Source of the DNA: an uncultured delta proteobacterium
GTDB lineage: Bacteria; Myxococcota; Kuafuiibacteriia; Kuafuiibacteriales; Kuafuiibacteriaceae
Direction: 5' to 3'
Length of the DNA: 64,000 bases
Assembly: GCA_963803435.1 (NCBI GenBank)
Contig: CAWDML010000001.1
Span: forward strand, 1,088,001 to 1,152,000
Part shown: one piece after another, positions 10,525 to 19,744 of the stretch
Position numbering within the stretch: the stretch's first letter is position 1
How the letters are laid out: each line of letters starts with the position of its first letter
Translations under genes and position numbers: made by a program
The notes under the pieces: generated by a model
Databases searched by the model: none
Seen by the model: only the letters and a program-made list of their open reading frames with translations
What the model was told of the DNA's origin: nothing

Positions 10525-10852
10525 TCTCGCCCCATCTATGGAGACGCCCTTTGCCGGCCGCAAGGTGCCCCAGCCGGCACCGATGTGGGGCTGCCGCGCT
10601 GGGGCCTCGCCCCTGCGACAACCCGTGCGCATACCGAGTGATACGTGTCCCTGGGGCGCCGGGTCACAGGTGTGCAAAGCACCGCGCCGGTCGCCGGAAC
10701 GCCGCCGGAGTGTGCCCGAGCGGGAAGCGCAGGCGCGAAGCGACCTGCAGGCCGCGAGCGAAGCGACGCGATGCGCACGCGAGGCGCGATGCGGCCGGCC
10801 GCGGGCGACTTCACGTCGCCGATGAGGACCACGGCTTCTGCTAGACTCGAGA

Positions 10853-12365
10853 TTGTTGAACCTGCGCGGCCTCGAGATGTTGCTCGCGCTGACCGGCTGC
10901 ATGCTCTTCTTCGGCATGGTCACCGGAACGCTCACCTTCCTGGACCTGTTCTGGGCGACAGCCGGGATCGGCACCGTTCTCGGGATCACCGCCGGCGTCA
11001 TGAGCGCGCTCTTTCCGCACCTCAAGGAGACCCGGCGCTGGGCGCGCTTCACGGAGAGCGTGGGTCCAAGCCTGACGCTCCACGCCCGAGGCGGCGTGCA
11101 TCGTCCCAGCCTCTCGGGTCGGGTCGCGGACTGTCACGTCACGATCTCGCCGATCGAGCGTGAGGATCTCATCGTCGTCTCCGTTCCGCTCTCGGCCTGG
11201 CAGTTCGAACGCCACGAGATCACGCTCCAGCCGCGGACGGCGCTCAACCGCGAGGAGGCGTCGCTACGGTTGGGCGATCCGGACTTCGACGCGCAGGTGA
11301 TGCTGCGCGGCTCGATCCCCGAGTCGATCGCTGCGCTCGACGCAGAGACCCGCGTCCTCGCCCTCGAGCTGATGCGCGATCTCTCCTTGGAGGTCCGCCG
11401 CCGGCAGGTCATGAAGTACGGGCGCCATCTCGAGCTGGATCCCGAGAGCACCTGGAGCTGCCTGGAACGGATGGCGGATCTCGCGCATCGCTTGTTCGGC
11501 CTCGTTCCCCGCCAGATCAAGCGGAAGCTCGCCGAGAACGCCGAGGCGGACCCCTGCGCCTCGGTGCGCGCGCTGAACCTGCGGCTGTTGTTCGAGTACT
11601 ATCCGCCCGACGAGCGGGCCCTTGCGCTGGGGCGTGCCGCCCTCGACGACGACCACCTCGAGTGCGTGCTGGCCGCCGCGATCGGGCTGGCGGAGGCGGG
11701 CGAGGCGACCGACCGGCCCGAAGCGTTCCGACACCTCGCAGACATCGCGAGGGGTGACACGTTCTCGGACGCGATGCGCTCTGCTGCCATCGAGGCGCTG
11801 GCCCTCCACTTCCCCTCCGAGGCGAGCCTCGTGCTGAAGAAGATCGCGCGGGAGGACGGCCCTCTCCCGAGCGCGCTCCTCTCCGCCATGGTTTCCGTCG
11901 GCCTCGAGCCTGACCTCGACCGCCTGATCCCGCGGGCCCTGATCGCGACCGAAGAGGCACAGCTCTCGCTCGCGAAGAGCGTCCCCGAGCACGGCGCGCG
12001 CTTCGAGCGCCTGGCTTGTGCGCTGCTGGACTCCCGATCCGAACCCGTCCAGCGCCAGAGCGTCGAAGGCCTGCTCCGCGTCGGGACGATCCGATTCCGT
12101 CGAGCCGCTCCTCCCGCTCACCCGCGGGCTGCTTCGGGGCAAGCCGCTGCGAGAGCTCGCGCAGCTCGCGGTGCAGGCCATCCAGAGCCGGATCGAGAAC
12201 GGCGACGAGGGCAGGTTGTCGCTGGCCAATCCCGCCCGCGGCGATCTCGGTTTCAGCGCCGAGCGGGGGGCGCTGGCGTGCGTGGAGGCCGGACCGGACG
12301 CCGTCAAGGACGAATCGCTGGCCAGCCCGCCTCACATTCGGATGTCGAAGCCGCAGCTGTCGTGA
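10853..12365 (+). CDS. Membrane protein with HEAT-like repeats (frameshift ~12095)
   Basis: Two N-terminal TMs; LGDPDFD motif; helical repeats; C-terminus (AVQAIQSRI...GRLSLA) in the shifted frame. Confidence 0.6.
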
Positions 12366-12823
12366 CCGAGGCCGCCGATGCAGGTGACCTCCATCGCCTT
12401 CGCGGGCTTCTTCATCACCGACTCGACGACGCCGGCGATCAGCCCGCCCTCGAAGTGGCACAGCGTCCTCCCCACCGGCTTGAGGCCGCTGCAGGTGACG
12501 CACTCGTAGACGTCCACCTTGATGCGGTTCTGCGCGACCATCGGCACCTTGATAATGCCGATCTTGAGCTGGCGACACAGCTCGAGGAACGCGTCGAGGT
12601 TGGTGAGACCGAGCGAGACCCCGAGCTTCTTGCCGGCGATGTACGCGGTCCCCGCAGCACCGCGACCGATGATGTCCTCGAGGGCCACCAGGCGCAGCAG
12701 ACGATAGAGCGCGACGCCCGCGTCCTGACCGAGCGACGGTCGGACGACGTTCAGAGCGTTGCCGATGTCGACCTTCTGCCTCGGTTGCTTCGGGACCGCG
12801 GGAATTTCCAAATGGCTGCTCAT
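12332..12823 (-). CDS. Stand-alone V4R-domain protein
   Basis: YECVTCSG...LCHFEGGLIAG...EVTCIGGLGHDSCGF, the V4R Zn-ligand pattern. Confidence 0.85.
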   Translation of the reverse strand: MSSHLEIPAVPKQPRQKVDIGNALNVVRPSLGQDAGVALYRLLRLVALEDIIGRGAAGTAYIAGKKLGVSLGLTNLDAFLELCRQLKIGIIKVPMVAQNRIKVDVYECVTCSGLKPVGRTLCHFEGGLIAGVVESVMKKPAKAMEVTCIGGLGHDSCGFDIRM

Positions 12824-12845
12824 CTAATCTTCCTTTCTTCGAGGC

Positions 12846-13951
12846 TCATGATCGGAACAACAACTCCCCCGCCTTCTCGATCGCTCCCGCGAGGCTGACG
12901 GTGTCGGGGCGTGGGCCGACCGTCAGAGTGGCCAGCGCGATCCGCGTGTCGGAGCGCGCGATCGGACAGATGCTGACGCCGGCGCCGTGATCCATCTCGA
13001 GGGTGATGCGACGGATCGCGCCGACCGGGAGGAGCATCTGGGCGCGGCCTTCGAGCTCGCCGAGGAGCCCCGAGAGGGCGGCCAGGCCCTCCTGCTCGCT
13101 CCCGACGCCCGCGATGGTGAAGCCCAGCTCGTCGGCGATCGCCACCGCACGAACGCTCACGCTTCGAGCGATCTCGTGCACGATCTTCTCGAACGCGCCC
13201 GGCGACGCCGGAGCAGGTGGAGCTCTCTCGCCGTCTCCTGCGGCTGCGCGAACGCCAGCGCCTTGAGGCGAGTGTGCTCCAGCTCGAGCCGCTTCACGTC
13301 AGCGCGGAGCACCGCGTGATCGGCGGCCGCCGCGCGCAGGCGAGTGTTCTCCTCGCGGAGGCGCTCCAGATCGCCGAGACGGGAGCGGGCGGCCGCCAGC
13401 TCCATGCTCAACTCCGTGACCTTTCGGTCCATCTCTTGCGCCGACGCTGTCGCCTCGGCACGCCGCTCCGCGTCTTCGAGCGCCAGCGCCAGGGCCGCCT
13501 TCTCCTGACGAAGCGCCGAGGCCTCCTCCTGGAGCCGCTCGACACGCTCCTCTAGCCGCCGCTGGAGCGCGGCCAGCTCCCGATCTCGGCTGGCGCCGGC
13601 AGCGTCACGCTGGGCGCGAAGCTCCGTGGCGACCCGAACGCTCTCCACCAGATCGGCCTCGAGGTCGATCAGCTGTCCCCGCATGCGCTCCCGATCCTCG
13701 ATGACCTCGCGGAGCTGCTGGTCGAGCGCCCGCGCCTCTTCGAGCGCGGCGTCGCTCGCCTGCCGGATCCGGCGGAGCTCTCCCTTGGCTCGCTCCAGCT
13801 CGACGCCCTCGCCCGCTGGCGCGACCCTCACCTCTCGGATCGGGGCGGGCGCCGCTCGGAGGTGGGTCGCACGGGCGCCCAGGAAGCCGACGGCCACGAA
13901 CAACATCGCGCCGATCATCGACAACATCCAGATCGTCTGTTCGGGACTCAT
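12846..13951 (-). CDS. TM + long coiled-coil + C-terminal Roadblock/LC7-like domain (frameshift ~13225 in a GA repeat)
   Basis: N-terminal TM and heptad-rich region; the shifted frame reads VRAVAIADELGFTIA...LAALSG (Roadblock-like). Confidence 0.6.
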
Positions 13952-13952
13952 C

Positions 13953-14510
13953 TCATGGACCTCCTGTTTGCCGACCGATCGAGATCTCCACGCGTCGATC
14001 GAGGAACCATTGGCCGCCGCTTGAGGTCTGCTCGCCGAAGCCGTGAGACTCCACCCGATCTGCGGCGACACCGAGACGTACCAGCTCGTTCGCCACGGCG
14101 ACGGCCCGGCGCTCGCTGAGCGCCTGGTTGAAAGACGTCGGACCGCGGGCGTCGGCGTATCCGGCCGTGCGGACGCGCTGCGAGGGATCGTCGCGAACGC
14201 GGCTCGCTACGCCTGCGATCGCGGTACGCGCCTGACGATCGAGCTCGGCGGACTCGGTGTGGAAGTGGATCACGGCAGCCTGCGCGAAGACCGGTGCCAC
14301 GGGCGGGCGGACGGGCGCAGGCACAGGCGCAGCCACAGGCGGCGGCGCCGGCGGCACTTCCGCCACCTCGACGGGCGGCATCCGCACCACCTGCTCCACC
14401 TCGGGCGCGAGCACCCCCGGGACCAGGCGGAGGTTGATGTACGCCAGATCGGCCAGGCCCCCGGTGAAGGAGACGGCCGCTCCGAGCAGATATCCGAGAC
14501 CGGCACGCAT
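13953..14510 (-). CDS. OmpA-family peptidoglycan-binding protein
   Basis: IHFHTESAEL...GYADARGPTSFNQALSERRA...GFGE...RRVEI. Confidence 0.85.
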   Translation of the reverse strand: MRAGLGYLLGAAVSFTGGLADLAYINLRLVPGVLAPEVEQVVRMPPVEVAEVPPAPPPVAAPVPAPVRPPVAPVFAQAAVIHFHTESAELDRQARTAIAGVASRVRDDPSQRVRTAGYADARGPTSFNQALSERRAVAVANELVRLGVAADRVESHGFGEQTSSGGQWFLDRRVEISIGRQTGGP

Positions 14511-14512
14511 GG

Positions 14513-14950
14513 TCACAAGAACCGCGTCAGCTCGCCGACCGATCGTTTGAGCTCGAGGAAGATCAGCCCCAGCTTCGCCTCGCGCGTGACGAGCAGAAGA
14601 AGGGCCGAGTCCTCCGTCAGCGCATTCACGATCACGTAGCCCTTGGGCGAGCGTACGTAGACCTGCTCCATCTCCGAGCGCATCAGATCGTCCGAGATCC
14701 GCTCGCCGACGCCGAGGAGCGAGGCCGCCATACCGCCGATCAGCTCCTCGTCGACCTCCGCGGGGAGCACGGACGAGACGATGAAACCGTCCATCGTGAC
14801 CACAGCAGCGCCGATGATGTCGGCCGACATCATCCTCAACGCGCGCAGGGCCTCGTTGATCTTCTCGGTGCGCGTGCCCGTCCCACCCGGGATCAGGTCG
14901 CGCGTTTGCCCAGTGCGAGTCTTCTCTCTTCCGTTCGTTCCAATAGACAC
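14513..14950 (-). CDS. Roadblock/LC7 (MglB-like) protein
   Basis: IIGAAVVTMDGFIVSS...GGMAASLLGVGER...KLGLIFLE; start codon uncertain (GTG 14950). Confidence 0.85.
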   Translation of the reverse strand: MSIGTNGREKTRTGQTRDLIPGGTGTRTEKINEALRALRMMSADIIGAAVVTMDGFIVSSVLPAEVDEELIGGMAASLLGVGERISDDLMRSEMEQVYVRSPKGYVIVNALTEDSALLLLVTREAKLGLIFLELKRSVGELTRFL

Positions 14951-14952
14951 GG

Positions 14953-16377
14953 CTACTCCATTCGCCTTCGGAGGCGTTGCAGGTTGGCCTGATAGGCTCT
15001 GTTGTCTGGATCCATCTCCACCGCGAGCTCCCACTCCGCGAGCGCGCGCTCTTGATCACCGAGCTGGAGGTGCTGGAGCCCGCGCTCGAAGTGGCGGTCG
15101 GCTTCGCTGGGACGCGGCTCGAACACCGGCGGTGGAGGGTCGAACGCGCCCAACGGCGGTCGATCGAAGATGCTCTTCTCGTGCCTCCCCGCGCCGCTCC
15201 GCAGACGCGGCGCGGAGTAGGCTCCGAAGAGATCGAACGGGCTGTCGGTGCGCACCGGCGACTCGAAGGGGGCCTGCACCGGGAGCTGGTAGCTCTCCTC
15301 GGTCGTGTCGGCCGTGCCGATGTTCTCGACGTCGGAGGTACAGATCACGATTTCGAAGTCGCCCTCGGTCTGCCCCGACGGGCGGCGCACCACAGCGAGG
15401 TTCTTCTCGCGGATCATGGTCGGCAGATCGCGCCGCTCCGCGAACGCCGCGGCCACGCGTTCTCCGAAGCGCACACGATCGAGATCAGAGCCGTGCCAGC
15501 GGAGGGCCGAGCGCAGCTCCGACGCCAGCGCCACCGCGCTCGAGTACCGATGCTCGGGCTTGGGTGCGACCGCCATCATCGCGATCTCTTCCAGATCCTC
15601 CGGGACCTCGGGGTTGAGCTCGCGGAGCGGCGGCGGGCTCTCGGTCGTGATCCGGTAAATGAGCTCGGCGTCCGTCTTCCCCGAGAACGGCCGCCGGCCG
15701 GCGAGCGCCTCGTAGAGGATCACGCCCAGGCCGTAGATGTCGCGCTGCGCCGTGTCCGGCTCTCCTCGGACCGCCTCGGGGCACATGTACGCGTACTTCC
15801 CTTTGACCAGGCCGTGCCGCGTCCGCCGCTCCGCCACCGACGAGGTGGCCACCCCGAAGTCGAGCAGCTTCGAGTGACCGGTCAGCGTCAGCATGATGTT
15901 CTCGGGGCTGACGTCTCGGTGCACCAACCCGAGACAACGGCCGGTCTCGTCGCGATAGTCGTGGACGTACTGGACGCTCTCACAGCAGTCCGCGATCAGG
16001 TGGAGCAGCGGCATGATGTTCTGCAACCTGAATTGACGCGGCGCCTTCGTGACCAGGTGGCGGAACGTGCAGCCGACCACGTATTCCATCTCGATGAAGA
16101 AGACGCCGTCGAGTGAGCCGAAGTCGAAGATCTGCACGATCCCGGGGTGGCTCAGCTTCGCGGCGATTCCGGCCTCCTGAGCGAACATCTCCACCAGCTC
16201 GGTGTTCTGGGCGTAGCTGGGAAGCATCGTCTTGAGGACGACCTCCTTCTCGAAGCCCTTCGGTCCGCGGACGGTGGCGAGCCACACGTCCGCCATCCCG
16301 CCCGAACCGAGCTTCAGCTTCACCGAATACTTCGACAACGGGTTCGGAACCATCGAGTGTCCCGGCACGGCAATCAC
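14953..16377 (-). CDS. Ser/Thr protein kinase with C-terminal TPR
   Basis: GSGGMADVW, HRDVSPEN, DFG, GKYAYMCPE; terminal TPR (HFERGLQHL...DPDN). Confidence 0.9.
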   Translation of the reverse strand: MIAVPGHSMVPNPLSKYSVKLKLGSGGMADVWLATVRGPKGFEKEVVLKTMLPSYAQNTELVEMFAQEAGIAAKLSHPGIVQIFDFGSLDGVFFIEMEYVVGCTFRHLVTKAPRQFRLQNIMPLLHLIADCCESVQYVHDYRDETGRCLGLVHRDVSPENIMLTLTGHSKLLDFGVATSSVAERRTRHGLVKGKYAYMCPEAVRGEPDTAQRDIYGLGVILYEALAGRRPFSGKTDAELIYRITTESPPPLRELNPEVPEDLEEIAMMAVAPKPEHRYSSAVALASELRSALRWHGSDLDRVRFGERVAAAFAERRDLPTMIREKNLAVVRRPSGQTEGDFEIVICTSDVENIGTADTTEESYQLPVQAPFESPVRTDSPFDLFGAYSAPRLRSGAGRHEKSIFDRPPLGAFDPPPPVFEPRPSEADRHFERGLQHLQLGDQERALAEWELAVEMDPDNRAYQANLQRLRRRME

Positions 16378-16721
16378 GCGAGCGCATGATGCAGACAGCC
16401 GGCGACGACGTCGAGGGGGACAAGGGTCCCCGACGCTGCTACCGTGTCCGCAAGATAACTTGCAGACGTCATGTCCTAGAGATCAGCGGTGCGCATCGCG
16501 GGTCGTTCTGAAGCGGGACCAGGCTCCTAGCGTCACGTGTGCTCGACCTGGATCGTGATCCTTCGATCAAGTTGCAGATCTCCGCTCTGCAATCGATGAG
16601 TCGAAGGCTTTGGGACGTGGGTCGTTCGTCGATGAATAGGAAGGCGACCCTACACGCGCGTTCGAGGATCGATCTCGAAAAATTGAATACCTTTACGAAG
16701 CCACCTGCGCTCGCTCAAGAT

Positions 16722-17420
16722 GTGCCCGTGCCGTTCGAGGCGCGGCTTTCGGGGAGATGGCGCCACCGGATCGGATATGCGGCCGGAGCTCTCTGCGGTG
16801 CGACGTGCATCTCGGTGCTCCTCTCGCACGACTTCGAGCGGTGGCGATCTCCAGGACCGGCCAACGTCGGCCATGAGGCGCTCGCCTGCGGCGACTGCCA
16901 TCGCCGCGCGCCCGGCACGATCCGCCAGCAGCTCCAGGCGAACGCGAGGTGGCTCCTCGGCATCCGGGCAGAGGCGGTCGACTTCGGCCTGATGCCCGTC
17001 TCCTCGGAGGACTGCGCCGACTGCCATCGCCGCCCGGACGATCGCCATCCCATCTATCGCTTCGTCGAGCCTCGGTTCGCCAAGGTCCGCCGGGCGATCG
17101 GGGCAGAGCGCTGTGTCTCGTGCCATCGCGAGCACACGGGCTCGCGCGTCACCGTCGAGAACGGCTTCTGCCGCCACTGCCACGAGGAGATCTCGATTCC
17201 GAACGATCCGGTCAACCCGGCCCATCGGGAGCTGGCCCTCGCCGCAGAGTGGACGACCTGCCTTCGATGTCACGACTTCCACGGCAACCATCGGACCGAT
17301 CCACCGACCCACCTCGACGTCGCGATCGGCTCCTACGAGGTCGAGCGCTATCTCGCCGGCGGACCGTCGCCGTGGCGCACCGGTAAGCACACCGAAGCGA
17401 GACGACGGAGATCGCGGTGA
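16722..17420 (+). CDS. Multiheme cytochrome c (5 CxxCH)
   Basis: CGDCH, CADCH, CVSCH, CRHCH, CLRCH; N-terminal TM; start uncertain (16632 is also possible). Confidence 0.8.
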   Translation: MPVPFEARLSGRWRHRIGYAAGALCGATCISVLLSHDFERWRSPGPANVGHEALACGDCHRRAPGTIRQQLQANARWLLGIRAEAVDFGLMPVSSEDCADCHRRPDDRHPIYRFVEPRFAKVRRAIGAERCVSCHREHTGSRVTVENGFCRHCHEEISIPNDPVNPAHRELALAAEWTTCLRCHDFHGNHRTDPPTHLDVAIGSYEVERYLAGGPSPWRTGKHTEARRRRSR

Positions 17421-18253
17421 GCCTCAAGGTCTTCCTCATCTGGTGCCTCGGTTTCGCAACCCTCGCGACGTACCTCTTCGTAACCGCGCCTCCCCCCCTC
17501 GAGGTCGAGGAGGAGAAGCGCGACATCCCCATCGAGACGGCGTTCGCCCTGCTCAACGCACAGAACCAGGAGGCGCGCGCGCTCTACGCCAAGGAGATCG
17601 TCGGCGAGGGAAAGAAGCAGGGCCTCGAGTTCAGCGAGAAGTGGAAGCGCGACGACGTGATCGCCGGGCCGCTGCCCGCTCTGTTCCTCCGCGAGACGGC
17701 GTTCTATCTCGAGTCGCAGCCCACGCGCCTCAGCCTCTTCCTCGGCTCCGACCAGCCGATCAACCAGGCGAACCGCTTCACCGGAACGCAGACCGAGCTC
17801 TTCGAGCACATCAGAGAGACGCGCGAGCCCGAGTCCTTCTACTCGAAGGACACCGGGCTGTTCGTCGCGATGTTTCCCGACCTGGCGAGCTCGGAGGCCT
17901 GCATCGATTGCCACAACGAGCACGCCGACAGTCCGAAGAGGGACTGGAAGGTGGGCGACATCATGGGCGCCACGACCTGGAGCTATCCGAAGAGCCGTGT
18001 GTCGACCGAGGAGGTGTTGGAGATGAGCGAGACCTTGCTCGGCGGCATCGGGCGCGCGTACGGGATGGTCCTGGACGAGCTCGGTGGCCTCCCCAAGAAG
18101 CCCCGCATCGGTAACAAGTGGCCGCGCGACGGCTACATGCTCCCCAGCCAGGAGACGTTCATGAAGGAGGTCCGTGCGCGCGCAGCGCCGCGCCTCATGC
18201 AGGGGCTCTTCGCCGCGGTGAGGAATCACGATGATGACCGCCAAGAGCGCTAG
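17417..18253 (+). CDS. Tll0287/DUF3365-like heme c protein
   Basis: LPALFLRE...LGSDQPINQANRF...CIDCH...WKVGDIMGA. Confidence 0.7.
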   Translation: MSLKVFLIWCLGFATLATYLFVTAPPPLEVEEEKRDIPIETAFALLNAQNQEARALYAKEIVGEGKKQGLEFSEKWKRDDVIAGPLPALFLRETAFYLESQPTRLSLFLGSDQPINQANRFTGTQTELFEHIRETREPESFYSKDTGLFVAMFPDLASSEACIDCHNEHADSPKRDWKVGDIMGATTWSYPKSRVSTEEVLEMSETLLGGIGRAYGMVLDELGGLPKKPRIGNKWPRDGYMLPSQETFMKEVRARAAPRLMQGLFAAVRNHDDDRQER

Positions 18254-18755
18254 CGTCACAGTCGAGCCCGCGTCCCGGGCCCAACCGAGGATGGGGTACT
18301 TCTATCTCGGGAGCGTGATCCTGACCGGCTTCCTCCTGCAGGCGACGCTCGGGATCTCCTGGCCGGCGCTCGACCACCTCCAGACGACGCTGCCCTACAA
18401 GATCGGGTCGGGGATGCTGCTCCTCGCGTACCTGGGGACCCAGTGGCAGGTCCCGTACCTCAGGATGAGAGGCCGCGTCTCCGCGGCCAGCAAGCGACTC
18501 GCGGAGCACCGAACGATCGGCGTGCTCGGCCCGCTGATCCTCTACCTGCACGCCGCCAAGCTCGGGACCAACTACACCTTCCTCCTCAGCACGCTCTTCC
18601 TCGGCAATGCCGCGCTGGCGCTGTTGAACCGGGAGACGCTCGGGATCAAGGCACGTGGGTTCTGGCTCTCTTGGCTGACGCTGCACATCATCCTCGCGGT
18701 CACCGTGACCACGCTGGGCGCCCTCCACGTCTGCAATGCGCTCTACTACGAGTGA
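18231..18755 (+). CDS. Integral membrane protein (~5 TM) with His residues in helices
   Basis: Hydrophobic helices; H...G...P...LH and WLTLH...LH, possible heme b ligands. Confidence 0.55.
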   Translation: MMTAKSASVTVEPASRAQPRMGYFYLGSVILTGFLLQATLGISWPALDHLQTTLPYKIGSGMLLLAYLGTQWQVPYLRMRGRVSAASKRLAEHRTIGVLGPLILYLHAAKLGTNYTFLLSTLFLGNAALALLNRETLGIKARGFWLSWLTLHIILAVTVTTLGALHVCNALYYE

Positions 18756-19744
18756 CGCGGTCGCGCGTAGAGCTCCATCGTGTCGGCGTGCGAGGTGTGC
18801 TCGACGGCTCGACCCAGGGCGTAGAGCGCGGCCTTGGCGGCCTTCTTGATCGGGACGCCGCCGAGCGCAGCGTCGACCGAGCCCGCCACGATCCAACGCG
18901 GGGTCTCGAACACGAGATCGATCACCTCGAACCCGCACCACTCGACCAGCCGGGACAGCGACTCGGGCGTGAAGTGCACCAGGTGCCTCGGCAGACCGAG
19001 ACCCCGCCAGCGGCTCCCGAAGAGCGAGGCGCCGGCGCCCCGGATGTTGGACACGCCAATCGCCAGCACACCCTCCGGCGAGAGCGTGCGGCGGGCCTCC
19101 TCGAGCAGGCGCCGCGGCTCGTAGACGAGCTGGAGCAGGCCCCACATGGAGATGGCGTCGAAGGGACCGCCGGGCAGGGGGTCCTCGTCCACATCGATTC
19201 GGGAGACGTCGAGACCGAGCCGCTCCCGCGCGTGCCAGACCACGTCGTGCTCCATGTCGACACCGGCGACGTCCCAGCCGCGCGATCGCATCGAGTCGCA
19301 GAAGAGGCCGTCGCCACAGCCCACGTCGAGGAGCCGGCCCGGCGCAGGGCTGGCGCTCGCGAGGCGTTCGGCGCGCCCGCGGAACGGCGCCCGCGCGGCC
19401 TCGAGGTCGACGGCTGCGCCCTCCTTGACCGCCCGTGCCCGGGTATAGAACGGATACTCGCCCTCGAACGCGATCCGCTTGTGCTGGCGCTTGAGGCGCG
19501 GCGAGGTGTAGCGCAGCGCGCAGATCGCACAGCGCACCACGGCAAACCGTTGCCCCTGATAGTCGCGGTGCACCCAGGTGTCGCGACCCTCGAGCACCAC
19601 GTCGCCGCGCGTGTTGCCGCAGGCAGGGCAGCTCGGGCGCTCGAAGATCGAGTCGGCCACCACCTCGGCGCCGACCGGGGCCGGCGGCTCCTTGGGCGCC
19701 CGCGCCCGGGCCACCAGCTCGATCGCGCGATCCAGAACCCTCAC
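18746..19744 (-). CDS. Class I SAM-dependent methyltransferase with N-terminal Zn-finger
   Basis: CPAC...CAIC...SPR; LLDVGCGDG; PRHLVHF; GTG start overlaps the upstream TGA. Confidence 0.85.
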   Translation of the reverse strand: MRVLDRAIELVARARAPKEPPAPVGAEVVADSIFERPSCPACGNTRGDVVLEGRDTWVHRDYQGQRFAVVRCAICALRYTSPRLKRQHKRIAFEGEYPFYTRARAVKEGAAVDLEAARAPFRGRAERLASASPAPGRLLDVGCGDGLFCDSMRSRGWDVAGVDMEHDVVWHARERLGLDVSRIDVDEDPLPGGPFDAISMWGLLQLVYEPRRLLEEARRTLSPEGVLAIGVSNIRGAGASLFGSRWRGLGLPRHLVHFTPESLSRLVEWCGFEVIDLVFETPRWIVAGSVDAALGGVPIKKAAKAALYALGRAVEHTSHADTMELYARPRHS

